Source: Cyanobacteria bacterium P01_D01_bin.156
GTDB lineage: Bacteria > Cyanobacteriota > Cyanobacteriia > Phormidesmidales > Phormidesmidaceae
Direction of reading: 5' to 3'
NCBI GenBank assembly: GCA_039024555.1
Contig: JBCCQQ010000008.1
Span: 32,001-96,000, forward strand
DNA length: 64,000 nt
The notes under the pieces were generated by a model. The model worked only from the letters and a program-made list of their open reading frames with translations. It had not been told where the DNA came from and did no database searches. This document shows positions 32,701 to 42,272 of the stretch, one piece after another (within the stretch, counting starts at the first letter, position 1; every line of letters begins with the position of its first letter). The position numbers and the translations under genes are program-made.

Positions 32701-34525
32701 CGGCCCCCTGTCTTCTCAGTCTTTACGCCAGTTTTTGCTGAGCCAGCTGCCCGACTACATGGTGCCTGTTAAGTTTATCTGGCTATTGGACAAGGTTCCC
32801 TTAACCAATAATGGCAAGATTAATCGTAGGGCGTTACCGGCGCCTACCTGGGAAAGTAATGATGCCGTTACACCCCAAACTGACATAGAGAAAATCCTAA
32901 CCAAGATTTGGACGGTGGTATTACCTGTTGAATCTGTGGGTATCTACGACAATTTCTTTGATTTAGGTGGAGACTCCATTCTAGCGATGCAAATTGTTAG
33001 CCGTGGAACCCAAGCTGGTATTGACATAACGCCCAAACAGCTTTTCCAGCACCAAACCATTGCGGAGCTAGCCGCTGTTGTTGAGCTAGGGCAAGAGCTA
33101 GCCCCTCAGGAACCGGCTGTAGGACTTGTTCCCCTGACTCCAATTCAGCATTGGTTCTTTGAGCAGTCTCTAGCAACTCCCCATCACTTTAACCAGTCTG
33201 TTTGTCTGGAGCTGCCGTTAAACACAAATACTGTAGCCCTAGAAAAATCTCTGACAGCCATTTATCAGCACCACGATGCCTTTAGACTAAGGTTTACCCA
33301 GGATGCACAAGGTTGGCATCAAGAGTACATGGATGGAACCGCCCCCAACATTCAGTGGTTTAATCTGAAACAGCTGGATAAAAGGCAACAGGATAGCGTA
33401 ATTGCAACTAAAGCAGCTCTACTTCAGCAGGGTCTTGATTTGCAGACTGGTCCGTTGGTGACCTTTGGTGGTTTCAATCTAGGCGATTCTCGTCCCGACC
33501 AATTGCTAATTGTTATTCATCATTTAGTCATTGACGGTGTTTCCTGGCGAATTTTACTGGATGATTTACGACAGGCGTATATTCAGGTTACTAATGATGG
33601 CCATGGAGAGCGACCTATTTATCTAGCTCCTAAAACTCACTCATATCAAGCATGGGCAGAGCATCTGGAGGCATTTGCTAACAGTGAAGAGATACAGTCT
33701 GCCCAGGACTACTGGAATAAGACCGCAACCAATCAGTTCCAAAGTATCCCCCAAGATCATACGAATGACAACAACACGATCGACACCTCCCAGCGGCTAA
33801 CTGTTCATCTGGATAAAGAACAAACGCAGGCACTACTACAGCAGGTACCATCCACCTACAATGCACACATCAACGATATCCTGCTAACCGCACTAGCTCT
33901 GACTTTAGTAGATTGGACAGGGCAAGCATTGATTGATTTAGAAAGCTACGGTCGTTTCTCAGAAGACTTAGATTTATCACGAACCGTAGGCTGGTTCACC
34001 TGTCTCTATCCAGTATGTTTATCCATCGATACTGACGCTCCAGTATCAAAACAAATTCGAGAGATTAAAAATCAGCTTCAGGCCGTTCCCCATGATGGCC
34101 TGAGTTATGGTCTACTGCGCTATCTAAACAACCAGAAAGACCTAGCGATTACTCCTGCAATTGGCTTTAACTATTTAGGGCAGTTGGACCTGACACAAAG
34201 CGAATTCCGCCGGATTCCTGCGATCTCAGCAAACCAGGACCCTAGTAATCAGCGACTGCACCAGATTGATATTAATAGCTGGGTCGAGGCAGGACAGTTT
34301 TCTGTAGAGTGGACGTTTAATGCTGGCTCCTATGAGAGTGAAACCATTCAGCGGCTAGCCCGACAGTTTATCAACCATCTAGAAATTATCATTGACCACA
34401 GTCTCTCTAAAGAAGACGCCGACTATACCCCTGATGACTTTAATCTAGTGCAGCTAGACCAGTCTGCCTTGGATGCGGTTCTGGCTCAGGTTAGCTTTGC
34501 CGGAGAACAGGAGGTGTCGCCATGA
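26762..34525 (+). CDS. NRPS C(DCL)-A(Gly)-T-C-A(Val)-T-E
   Basis: The first C begins DIYELSPTQQGMLF with HHLLMDGWC (DCL-like). A code DILQLGLIWK (Gly), T GGHSL. Second C HHIVADGWS, A code DAFWLGGTFK (Val), T GGDSI, E HHLVIDGVSW, and C-terminal COM-like YTPDDF. Confidence 0.92.
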   Translation: MANVVDIYELSPTQQGMLFHTVYAPESGTYLEQRHCLLEGELNIQAFKAAWQLVIDRHSVLRTEFHWQETDQPLQVVYDTVKLPWFEEDWQEFTTEQHADKLETFLTLERLQGFQLDQAPLMRCALFTLADNQHRFVWSYHHLLMDGWCNGVLLKEVLSAYQVICRHSTPVLPPTKNYRTYIDWLQQQDQAKAEAYWKEKLQGFSAPTPLGINRQRHQGSRSQETAYGEQQRWLSVVLSNDLQTFAKQSRLTLNTLFQGAWALMLKRYSGSDDVMFGITVSGRPPELSGVESMVGLFINTVPLRSHLAPNQPLLPWLQQLQKDQRDRETYGYSALTDLQSWSDVPRGTPLFESLLVFENYPISIEAATQGADLKIRDGQGYERTNYPMTLVVVPGESIQLSLRYDSGYISEAAAQRLLGHLETILGSFVVSPQQPLDCLPLLQTAEQQQLNQLAQGKIADVYPYGIQHQFERQTSKTPKATAVTFTSGSTKSESLSYQQLNERSNQLAHYLIRQDIGQGSRVGICLHRSLDMVVGLLGILKTGAAYVPLDPDFPSERLSYIVADAQIDLLLTNSDTAADLKQIVLSIDLDTQSHRILQQSTKNLSLHISLDVIAYILYTSGSTGKPKGVPIRHDSLANFLETMADAPGIDATDSLLAVTTLSFDIAALELFLPLVTGAQVVLTPREVVQDADQLAATLQNHSITMMQATPATWRLLMDSHWQGSANLKILCGGEALDLSLARYLLDQGNEVWNLYGPTETTIWSGALQITQEHLETGNVPIGTPIANTQFYVLDQQQRLVPMGIPGELYIGGSGLSTGYWQRPELTAKKFVAVPDGLMVSSERLYRTGDLVCYRENGTLDYLGRLDNQIKLRGFRIETGDIEAVLSSHEQINQAVVSLREQQLVAYVISNEKGHLQTDILVDDLRRLASRQLPVYMLPTAYAVLESFPLTPNGKVDRKALPAPEVTIRNKTQPRTPREQLIAGIWANVLSIQEVALEDNFFELGGHSLLATRVIAQVRQVLDVEVPLRSLFEQPTLADFIRALETNQEQSLPPILPRDKQLTLSYAQQRQWLMAQLAPDSRAYTIPTAVRLTGHLSVEHLHHSLSEVINRHGTLRTLYPTVDGQPVPQIVAPEKAAAQIAIEQTDLSSLEKVSQKVRIQELIQQESQRPFDLVQGPLWRARLLKLHTQEHILLFSLHHIVADGWSMGILLKELTSFYRAFQTNTTADVPSLDISYGDYAAWQRSLDLNHQLSYWQQQLENAAPLLELPTDFPRPAEPSAAGGTYEFRLSKQQTESLQSFSQQHGVTLFMTLLAAFKALLYRYSGITDLLIGTPIANRRQAQTENLIGLFVNTLVLRTDLSSNPRFSELLAQVRSIALDAYKHQDLPFEQLIDQLNILRSQSHTPLFQVMFALQNTPLESVSLDGLEWSPLTVGTNTAKFDLTLEMKQTSKGLVGVFEYRQDLFSADTMHRMAGHLRTLLKALPDNGQLRLSQLPMLLKQDLQQLQQWRQGTTVQPVEQPCIHKLFESQVSRNGDAIALVQAQTKVTYNTLNQQANQLARYLQEQGITPGERVGIWARRTPQTIAAILAILKSGATYVPLDFNYPLERLTWIVNDTELKLLLADDDSVTTEIKNLVDVVNLASIKPHLDIYPTGNLTSRSSTPDSLAYILYTSGSTGTPKGVCTSHRGIVRLVNHPNYVTLDASDSLLQAAPLTFDASTFEIWGALLNGGKLVLLSDQTPSLDDLGDAIVEHSITTLWLTSGLFNLMVDEQLNSLKPVRQLLAGGDVLSTRHLGKAMTALENTRILNGYGPTEGTTFTCCHQITLDDLDEAVPIGSPIDHTQIYVLDGDLQQVPPGLPGELYIGGAGLAQGYLNRPELTAEKFIPNPFYDIRQPGSDCFYLYKTGDRVRYRNDGTLEYLGRLDQQVKIRGFRIELGEIETALCHHPDIQQAVVIVDGETAENKRLVAYLQTVALDKQSSAVGPLSSQSLRQFLLSQLPDYMVPVKFIWLLDKVPLTNNGKINRRALPAPTWESNDAVTPQTDIEKILTKIWTVVLPVESVGIYDNFFDLGGDSILAMQIVSRGTQAGIDITPKQLFQHQTIAELAAVVELGQELAPQEPAVGLVPLTPIQHWFFEQSLATPHHFNQSVCLELPLNTNTVALEKSLTAIYQHHDAFRLRFTQDAQGWHQEYMDGTAPNIQWFNLKQLDKRQQDSVIATKAALLQQGLDLQTGPLVTFGGFNLGDSRPDQLLIVIHHLVIDGVSWRILLDDLRQAYIQVTNDGHGERPIYLAPKTHSYQAWAEHLEAFANSEEIQSAQDYWNKTATNQFQSIPQDHTNDNNTIDTSQRLTVHLDKEQTQALLQQVPSTYNAHINDILLTALALTLVDWTGQALIDLESYGRFSEDLDLSRTVGWFTCLYPVCLSIDTDAPVSKQIREIKNQLQAVPHDGLSYGLLRYLNNQKDLAITPAIGFNYLGQLDLTQSEFRRIPAISANQDPSNQRLHQIDINSWVEAGQFSVEWTFNAGSYESETIQRLARQFINHLEIIIDHSLSKEDADYTPDDFNLVQLDQSALDAVLAQVSFAGEQEVSP

Positions 34526-37500
34526 GTCGCAGCAGTGTTCAAGACATCTATCCTCTGTCCCCGACCCAGCAGGGCATGTTGTTCCATAGCCTCTATGGGC
34601 CAAAATCAGGGGCCTATATTGTGCAGGTGGGTTACACCCTCAAGGGAAATCTTGATCGAGACGCCTTTAGTAGTGCCTGGCAGAATCTAATCGACCGCCA
34701 CACAATTCTGAGAACCGCCTTTGTATGGGAGAACTTAGAATCTCCCGTTCAGGTAGTGGGACAAAAGGCTGTATTGCCCATATCCTGGTTGGACTGGCAG
34801 GATATGGGCGACAGTCAGCAACAGCTGTCAACGTGGTTAGAAGCCGACCGACAGCAGGGTTTCACTCTATCGACAGCCCCCTTAATGCGATTAGCTGTGA
34901 TGCAGTTGAGCACCAACTGCTATCGTATCGTTTGGACCCACCATCACATTTTGTTAGACGGCTGGTCTCTACCTATTTTGCTCCAAGAGTGGATGGTGTA
35001 TTACCAGTCAGCTTGTTGTCAGAAAGTGCCCCAACTGGAGCCAGCTTACGCCTACCGAGACCATATTGTCTGGCTTCAGCAGCAGGATTTAAATCAGGCA
35101 AAACAGTTTTGGAAAGAGCAACTAGCCGGGATTACCACACCAACACATCTGGGCATTGACCGGAGTAAATCAGGCAACTCTCAGGCTATCTTCAAACAGC
35201 AATCGTTTGCCCTATCGACTGAGCTAACCCAGACATTTAGGGCCTTTGCGAAACAGCATCGCCTTACCCTTAGCACTTTAATCCAAGGAGCCTGGGCTAA
35301 AATACTCAGCTGCTACAGTGGAGAATCCCCTGTAATTTACGGCCTAGCCTGCTCCGGTCGGTCCAACAGCGGGGTGGCTAACGACAGTCGGATTGGTTTA
35401 TTTATTAACACCTTACCGATGGTTGTCAGAGCAGATGCTAACCAGGTGCTGCTCCCCTGGCTACAAGAGATTCAGGCCCAGCAGCTAGCCATTCAGTCCT
35501 ATGACCATACACCCCTGGTTGAGATTCAAGCGGTGAGTAATCTTTCCAAGACACTACCACTGTTTGAAACTGTCGTAGTATTTGAGAACTATCCTATTCA
35601 ATCCAGACAAAAAACCGGGGATCTAGAACTAACAGACGTTTCTATTGCAGAGCAAACAAACTATCCCCTGGCACTGTTTGCAGTGGCTACAGATACGCTA
35701 CAGCTGAAGCTGTTGTACGATAGCGGACGATTTTCAGAAGCTGCTATCAATCGCCTTGTAGGCCATCTTCAGACAGCGTTAAAAGAGATGGTTCAGGAGC
35801 GCACCTACAACATTGAGGATATTTCTCTTCTTTCGTCCATTGAAAAGGAACAGCTGCTTGAATATGGTTGTTCACTTTCGGATAGGACACCGGAACAGTC
35901 TATCCATGCAGCCTTCTCACATCAAGTCAGTCAAACCCCTGATGCCACTGCCATTATCTTTAATGGTGAATCTATCAGCTATGACATATTAAATAAGCGC
36001 GCGAATCAGTTAGCCCACTACCTGCAGCAGCAAGGCATTGTCTCCGGCAGCCTCATTGGTATTTGTACAAAACGGTCCATCGATATGGTCGTGGCACTGT
36101 TAGCCATACTGAAGGCTGGTTGTGCTTACGTGCCTCTGGACCCGATGTACCCAACAGCCCGCCTTCGTCATGCCACAGAGGATGCAGGAATAGAATGGGT
36201 AATTTCTCACGAATCTACCGTCTCTGTTGTAACAGAACTAGATGTTAAACCCATCAACCTGAATCAGGTGGCAACAACTCTGGCAAACTTGTCGACAATA
36301 GAACCTGCTAAGCAACACGATTTGGATGCCTTAGCTTACGTGATTTACACCAGTGGCAGCACTGGCAAGCCCAAGGGTGTTGCAATTCAGCACCATAGCC
36401 TAAGCAACTTGCTAGGGGCCATGGCCCGCCGTTTACATATTAAAGCCAGCGACACTCTAATGTCAGTAACCACGCTAGCTTTTGATATTGCAGCCCTGGA
36501 ACTGTTCCTGCCGTTAATTAGCGGAGCTCGCCTACTGTTAGCTAGTGATGAAATGGTTCGAGATAGTCACCAGCTAATTGCCCATCTAGATGCCTACGGT
36601 ATCGATATTATGCAGGCCACACCAGCCACCTGGCGATTGTTAATTAATACCGGCTGGAGTGGTCAAAGTGGTCTAAAAATTCTCTGTGGTGGTGAAGCTT
36701 TAGATCTTGAACTAGCTAAAAAACTAATCAGCCGTGGCGAGGAAGTCTGGAACGTCTACGGTCCCACTGAAACCACCATTTGGTCTAGTGCCCTGGAGCT
36801 ATCGTCTGAACATTTAACGGGCAGCGCCGTTCCCATCGGCCACCCGATTGATAACACTCAGTTTTATGTGTTGGATTCACAGCAACAGTCTGTCCCAATG
36901 GGCGTAGCTGGGGAGCTCTACATTGGAGGAATGGGATTAGCTCAAGGGTATTGGAATCGACCTGAGTTAACGGCAGAGAGATTTGTAGAAGTTTGTCTTG
37001 ACAGCAGAGGAGCAGAGGAGCAGAGGAGCAGAGGAGCAGGGGAGCAGGGGAGAACACCCATCACCCTTTACAAAACCGGCGACCGTGTTCGCTACCGGGA
37101 AGACGGCACTCTTGACTACCTGGGGCGCTTTGACCAACAAACTAAATTACGGGGATATCGTATAGAGCTAGGTGAGATTGAAACTGCGATCGCAGCACAT
37201 ACATCTGTCAACCAGGCCGTAGCCGCTATCCAAGGAGATCAACCAGAAGAGCAGCGTCTAGTGGCCTATATAACCCTAACTAATGGTAGTGACAGAGAGA
37301 ATCTAGCCAGGGAGCTGCGGTCTTACCTCACGCCATTACTGCCCACATATATGATTCCCAGTGCCTATCAGATATTGGACGTATTTCCCTTGACGCCCAA
37401 TGGCAAAGTGGACCGTAAGGCACTGCCCTTAGTTCAAAAATCTGTCACAACCAATCAGCCTAAAACCTCTTTGGAAAGAACATTGGCAGAAGTCTGGCAG

Positions 37501-37812
37501 TCTCTATTGAAATTGGACTCCGTTGGCATCCACGACAACTTTTTTGAAGTGGGTGGCCATTCGCTACTGGTGGTCAATGCCCAAAATCAAATTCGCCAAA
37601 AGCTGGATGTAGAAATCTCTCTGATGGATTTGTTCCAATATCCCACCCTCAGCACCCTGGCCAACTATATTAATCAACTGCAAACAGGTCAGACAGAAAA
37701 GTCACATATCCGAGATCGCACCGTCGCCCTATCCGCCGGAAAACAGCGTCTTAAAAAGCGATTAAGTCAACGACGCGAGGCAACCGATCCACTAGGAGGT
37801 GCAACAAAATGA
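34522..37812 (+). CDS. NRPS C(DCL)-A(Gly)-T
   Basis: DIYPLSPTQQGMLF, HHILLDGWS, A code DILQLGVIWK (Gly), T GGHSL, and a basic C-terminal tail KQRLKKRLSQRR. Confidence 0.92.
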   Translation: MSRSSVQDIYPLSPTQQGMLFHSLYGPKSGAYIVQVGYTLKGNLDRDAFSSAWQNLIDRHTILRTAFVWENLESPVQVVGQKAVLPISWLDWQDMGDSQQQLSTWLEADRQQGFTLSTAPLMRLAVMQLSTNCYRIVWTHHHILLDGWSLPILLQEWMVYYQSACCQKVPQLEPAYAYRDHIVWLQQQDLNQAKQFWKEQLAGITTPTHLGIDRSKSGNSQAIFKQQSFALSTELTQTFRAFAKQHRLTLSTLIQGAWAKILSCYSGESPVIYGLACSGRSNSGVANDSRIGLFINTLPMVVRADANQVLLPWLQEIQAQQLAIQSYDHTPLVEIQAVSNLSKTLPLFETVVVFENYPIQSRQKTGDLELTDVSIAEQTNYPLALFAVATDTLQLKLLYDSGRFSEAAINRLVGHLQTALKEMVQERTYNIEDISLLSSIEKEQLLEYGCSLSDRTPEQSIHAAFSHQVSQTPDATAIIFNGESISYDILNKRANQLAHYLQQQGIVSGSLIGICTKRSIDMVVALLAILKAGCAYVPLDPMYPTARLRHATEDAGIEWVISHESTVSVVTELDVKPINLNQVATTLANLSTIEPAKQHDLDALAYVIYTSGSTGKPKGVAIQHHSLSNLLGAMARRLHIKASDTLMSVTTLAFDIAALELFLPLISGARLLLASDEMVRDSHQLIAHLDAYGIDIMQATPATWRLLINTGWSGQSGLKILCGGEALDLELAKKLISRGEEVWNVYGPTETTIWSSALELSSEHLTGSAVPIGHPIDNTQFYVLDSQQQSVPMGVAGELYIGGMGLAQGYWNRPELTAERFVEVCLDSRGAEEQRSRGAGEQGRTPITLYKTGDRVRYREDGTLDYLGRFDQQTKLRGYRIELGEIETAIAAHTSVNQAVAAIQGDQPEEQRLVAYITLTNGSDRENLARELRSYLTPLLPTYMIPSAYQILDVFPLTPNGKVDRKALPLVQKSVTTNQPKTSLERTLAEVWQSLLKLDSVGIHDNFFEVGGHSLLVVNAQNQIRQKLDVEISLMDLFQYPTLSTLANYINQLQTGQTEKSHIRDRTVALSAGKQRLKKRLSQRREATDPLGGATK
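37003..37050 (+). repeat. In-frame tandem repeat (AGCAGAGG)x4 (AGCAGGGG)x2, 48 bp, in a Gly A domain
   Basis: Read directly. Encodes SRGAEEQRSRGAGEQG just before TLYKTGD. Confidence 0.92.
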
Positions 37813-40800
37813 GTACACAACAGGCATCCCTAACCGGTTTAGAAATCGCCATTATCGGCATGGCAGGACGTTTTCCAGGGGCTCAGTCTATTGCTGAGTT
37901 TTGGCAAAATCTTCAGCAATCGGTGGAGTCGATTGTGCCCTTAGACGACGAACATCTTCTGTCACAGGGTGTGTCCGCCGAGACGTTGGCCGACCCAAGC
38001 TATGTAAAGGTAGGCGGTGTGTTGACCAACACTGACCAGTTTGATGCCGCCTTCTTTGGCTTTAGCCCCCGTGAGGCAGAGCTGTTAGATCCGCAGCAGC
38101 GAATTTTTCTAGAAACTGCCTGGGAGGCATTGGAAACCGCTGGTTACGATAGCGATCGTTATCCTGGTGGCATTGGCATCTATGGTGGTGCTGGCATGAA
38201 TGGCTACCTGCTAAATCTGTATGCCAATCCGTCCATTCGAGAGAATGTTAGTTCCTACGAGCTGTTTATCTCCAATGACAAAGACTTTTTAACCACACGG
38301 GTCTCCTACAAGCTAAATCTCCAGGGACCGAGCTTGGATGTACAAACCGCTTGTTCGTCCTCTTTGGTGGCAGTGCATCTGGCCAGTCAAGCGTTACTCA
38401 GTGGAGAATGTGATATGGCCCTGGCCGGAGGTGTGGCCATTTCAAAACAGCTAGGCTATCGCGCCCAAACCGGCAGCATCTACGCCACCGATGGCCACTG
38501 TCGTGCCTTTGATGCCCTAGCCGACGGCACCGTCGGAGGGAACGGTGTTGGCATTGTTGTGCTCAAGCGTCTAGAAGATGCCCTGGCTGACGATGATACT
38601 ATTGACGCCGTGATTAAAGGGTCAGCTATCAACAACGACGGTGCCCTGAAGGTAAGCTACACTGCCCCCCGAATTGATGCCCAAAAGGTAGTGATTCAGT
38701 CGGCTCAGGCAATGGCAGAAGTCATGCCAGAAACCATTAGCTATGTCGAAGCCCATGGTACTGGGACCAACCTAGGCGACCCCATTGAAATTGCCGCTCT
38801 CACCCAAGCATTCAACACAGAAAAAACAGGCTATTGCGCTATTGGCACTGTAAAGACCAACATTGGGCATTTAGACGCCGCCGCAGGTATCGCCGGGCTG
38901 ATTAAAACCGTGTTGGCCCTTAAGCATAAGCAAATCCCCGCAAGCTTACATTTTCAGCAACCCAATCCAAAAATCGACTTTGACAACAGTCCTTTCTATG
39001 TCAACGCTATCTCCACAGATTGGCCCCAAGGCAAAACACCCCGACGAGCAGGGGTTAGCTCCTTTGGTATCGGTGGCACTAATGCCCATGTAATTTTAGA
39101 AGAAGCCCCTGTTACGGCTCCACATTCATCAACAGAACAACCCCAGGTGCTTGTACTTTCTGCAAAGACGCCAACAGCTCTGAACTCCGCTGCAGAAAAG
39201 CTAACTGATTACTTAAGTCAATCTTCCGATGTTTCTCTAGCAGATGTCGCCTACACCTTACAGACAGGTCGGCGTACATTTAAGCATCGCCGCAGTGTTG
39301 TTGCCCAAACTGTTGAAGAAGCCATCTCCCAACTACAGGTACCCATCGCCCAAAATACAAAGGAACAGCCCAATCTAGTATTCCTTTTCCCAGGTCAGGG
39401 CAGTCAGTACTCTGGAATGGCTAGTGATCTTTACAAGACCCAACCAGTTTTCAAAGCAGCCATAGAACAATGTGGAACTTTCCTTGATGGAAAGCTTGAG
39501 TATGCTCTAACAGAACTTTTGTTTGGTGCTCTAAAAGGCCTATTACCGGAAACTCGCTACACTCAGCCCGTTCTCTTTGCTGTCGAATATGCTCTGGCTA
39601 AGCTTTGGCGCCATTGGGGCGTTAAGCCAAGCGCAATGTTGGGGCACAGCTTAGGAGAATATGTTGCCGCTTGTTTGGCGGGAGTCTTTGACTTAGAGAC
39701 TGCTCTGGAACTTGTGGTTCTTCGGGGGCAGCTAATGCAGCAGCAGGAAACCGGAGGGATGCTTTCGGTAGCGCTTTCTCCAGAAGCTTTGCAGCCTTGG
39801 CTAAGCGAGACAATTACTTTAGCAGCAACTAATGGGCCGCAGCTGTGTGCCGTGTCGGGGAAAAAAGATGCGATCGCAACCTTTCAAGCTCACCTGGAAG
39901 CAAACAACATCAGTTGTCGGCGACTGCATACCTCTCACGGGTTCCACTCATCAATGATGGAGCCTATGGTAAAGCCCTTGGTTGATGCTGTTCGCCAGGT
40001 AAAGTTAAATTCTCCCAAAATCCCTTTTATCTCTAACGTAACTGGCACCTGGATCACGTCAGAAGAAGCCACTGACCCTGCATACTGGGGACAACAGGCA
40101 CGACAGTCAGTAAAATTTAGCGAAGGTATCACGGAAATTCTTCAGCTTTCTGACGCAGTGCTGTTAGAAGTGGGTCCAGGTAATTCCCTTACTACCCTGA
40201 CACGACAACATTTATCATCGCGGCTCTCGAATCCTACAATTTATAGCCTGCCACATCCCAAGGTCGCTAGCCAGGAGAACGCCGATAGTCAACAGGTATT
40301 GACCGCCGTTGGACAACTTTGGTCGGCAGGCGTTGCTATTGACTGGAAATCTTTACACCCAGAGAATCGGCGACGTATTCCTCTGCCTACCTATCCCTTT
40401 GAGCGCAAGCGCTACTGGGTAGATATGATGGATATGAGTAAGGCAGCAGCACCTGTTGCAACTGGAGCGCTTGAGCCGGATACAACCAAGTGGTTCTACC
40501 GGCCTAGCTGGCAGCGAGTGATGCCCCCACGTAAGACGGTTGACCCAACAGAACGTCCCTGCTGGCTAATCTTTTTAGATAGTCTGGGTATTGGTCACCA
40601 GTTGGCTAAACAAATTGAGCGTGCTGGTCAGGATGTATTTACCGTCAAAGTAGGCAACAGCTTTGAACAGAGCGGGTATAGGCAGTTTAGCCTCAATCCC
40701 CAAGAGAACAACACTTATCAGCAGCTGTTAGAAGACCTACAGCTGCGGGAAATGGAGCCAACCAATATTGTCTACCTGTGGCCCTTGGATCAGGGTAACA

Positions 40801-42272
40801 AAGACTTTATAACATTGTTGAATCTGGTAAAGACCTGGGCGGTACAGACCAATCTGGTACAACTAACGGTGGTGACAGATTCTGCCTATGAGGTGGTTGG
40901 CCATGAGATCATCAATTCTCACCAGTCGTTACTACAGGGGTTGTGTCAGGTAACCAGCCAAGAATACCCTGCCATCGGCTGTCACCAGGTGGATATTTTG
41001 ACCACCGACGGCACCCCCATGCAGCAGGCAAACGCCCTATGGTCTACTCTACAGGCAGAACCGGCAGCGGTGGTGGCTCAGCGGGGACGACATCAGTGGC
41101 AACAAACTTACCAGTCTGTATCTCTGCAAACCGGTTCTCCTTTACGCAAGGGCGGGGTTTATATAGTTGTTGGTGATGTGGAGCAGGGCCTAGGACAGGT
41201 ATGGGCCAAAGCCCTAGCCAAGCAATATCGAGCAAAAATCGCTCTGATCTGCAAAGACGGTTCCAATAGTGGTGCTCTACAGGCACAGCTGTTGGAACAA
41301 GGTGCAATCGAGGTCTTGCTACTAACCGCAGAGTTAACTCAGTCTGAAAGCTTATGCAATAGTCTGGACCAGGTAGTGCAAAAACTGGGCAACATTAACG
41401 GTGTTTTCTTTAGCACTCCCACCACAAATGAAAAGTCTGCCGCCCCCATTGCCTTACTACAGTCTGAGCAGCTTGCCTATAACAATCATACAAAACAGCA
41501 GATACTGAAAGGTTTAGCGATAGCTCTCGAAAACTATCAATCTGATTTTTGCTGTGTCCAGTCTTCTCTATCTTCTGTAATTGGCGGTGTGGGTCTCGCT
41601 GCCTACTCAGGCGCTAGCCATAGCTTAGATGCCCTAGTGACCCAACAAAATCAGACTTCCCCATTCCCCTGGTTTAGCGTTAACTGGGATGCTTGGTCAG
41701 ATGAAGTATCCAAGAACGAGACCGGCTGGGGAACCAGCCTAAAGGACTTTACCCTTACATCTGAAGAAGTTTGGACGGCTACCGAACGGGTGCTTGCTCA
41801 GGCACCAGGCCAGATTGTGGTGTCCAAGGGCAATCTCCCAGCCCGCATCGCCCAATGGATTCATCCACAACCAAGATTGGCAGCCCAGGAACAGTCGGAC
41901 GGCAACCACAGTCGGCCTCAGCTATCTACGGTTTATGTGGCTCCCAGCAACGATGTTGAAAAGACCATTTCAAGTATTTGGCAGGACCTGCTGGGTCTAG
42001 AACAGGTGGGTATCCACGACAGCTTCTTTGATCTGGGGGGCCATTCTCTGCTGGCAATTCAGGTAATTTCACGGCTTCGAGAAGCGTTTCCGGTGGAAGT
42101 GGAAATGCGTAATCTTCTGTTTGAAGCTCCCACTGTGGCAGGCATCGCCGCTGTGATTACCGAACAGCTACCCCAAACAGAAGAGTTGGATACCATGGCA
42201 GCCCTATTGGCAGAAGTGCAAAGCCTATCCAGCGATGAGGTCCAGGCCCAGCTGGCGGGAGGTGACACATGA
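37809..42272 (+). CDS. Type I PKS module 4 (NRPS-to-PKS hybrid): KS-AT-(degenerate KR)-ACP/PCP-like carrier
   Basis: KS VQTACSSS, HGTGT, KTNIGH. AT GHSLG and HGFH. KR-like region YIVVGDVEQGLG, FFSTP in place of HAAG, and YSGAS. Carrier DSFFDLGGHSL. Confidence 0.92.
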   Translation: MSTQQASLTGLEIAIIGMAGRFPGAQSIAEFWQNLQQSVESIVPLDDEHLLSQGVSAETLADPSYVKVGGVLTNTDQFDAAFFGFSPREAELLDPQQRIFLETAWEALETAGYDSDRYPGGIGIYGGAGMNGYLLNLYANPSIRENVSSYELFISNDKDFLTTRVSYKLNLQGPSLDVQTACSSSLVAVHLASQALLSGECDMALAGGVAISKQLGYRAQTGSIYATDGHCRAFDALADGTVGGNGVGIVVLKRLEDALADDDTIDAVIKGSAINNDGALKVSYTAPRIDAQKVVIQSAQAMAEVMPETISYVEAHGTGTNLGDPIEIAALTQAFNTEKTGYCAIGTVKTNIGHLDAAAGIAGLIKTVLALKHKQIPASLHFQQPNPKIDFDNSPFYVNAISTDWPQGKTPRRAGVSSFGIGGTNAHVILEEAPVTAPHSSTEQPQVLVLSAKTPTALNSAAEKLTDYLSQSSDVSLADVAYTLQTGRRTFKHRRSVVAQTVEEAISQLQVPIAQNTKEQPNLVFLFPGQGSQYSGMASDLYKTQPVFKAAIEQCGTFLDGKLEYALTELLFGALKGLLPETRYTQPVLFAVEYALAKLWRHWGVKPSAMLGHSLGEYVAACLAGVFDLETALELVVLRGQLMQQQETGGMLSVALSPEALQPWLSETITLAATNGPQLCAVSGKKDAIATFQAHLEANNISCRRLHTSHGFHSSMMEPMVKPLVDAVRQVKLNSPKIPFISNVTGTWITSEEATDPAYWGQQARQSVKFSEGITEILQLSDAVLLEVGPGNSLTTLTRQHLSSRLSNPTIYSLPHPKVASQENADSQQVLTAVGQLWSAGVAIDWKSLHPENRRRIPLPTYPFERKRYWVDMMDMSKAAAPVATGALEPDTTKWFYRPSWQRVMPPRKTVDPTERPCWLIFLDSLGIGHQLAKQIERAGQDVFTVKVGNSFEQSGYRQFSLNPQENNTYQQLLEDLQLREMEPTNIVYLWPLDQGNKDFITLLNLVKTWAVQTNLVQLTVVTDSAYEVVGHEIINSHQSLLQGLCQVTSQEYPAIGCHQVDILTTDGTPMQQANALWSTLQAEPAAVVAQRGRHQWQQTYQSVSLQTGSPLRKGGVYIVVGDVEQGLGQVWAKALAKQYRAKIALICKDGSNSGALQAQLLEQGAIEVLLLTAELTQSESLCNSLDQVVQKLGNINGVFFSTPTTNEKSAAPIALLQSEQLAYNNHTKQQILKGLAIALENYQSDFCCVQSSLSSVIGGVGLAAYSGASHSLDALVTQQNQTSPFPWFSVNWDAWSDEVSKNETGWGTSLKDFTLTSEEVWTATERVLAQAPGQIVVSKGNLPARIAQWIHPQPRLAAQEQSDGNHSRPQLSTVYVAPSNDVEKTISSIWQDLLGLEQVGIHDSFFDLGGHSLLAIQVISRLREAFPVEVEMRNLLFEAPTVAGIAAVITEQLPQTEELDTMAALLAEVQSLSSDEVQAQLAGGDT

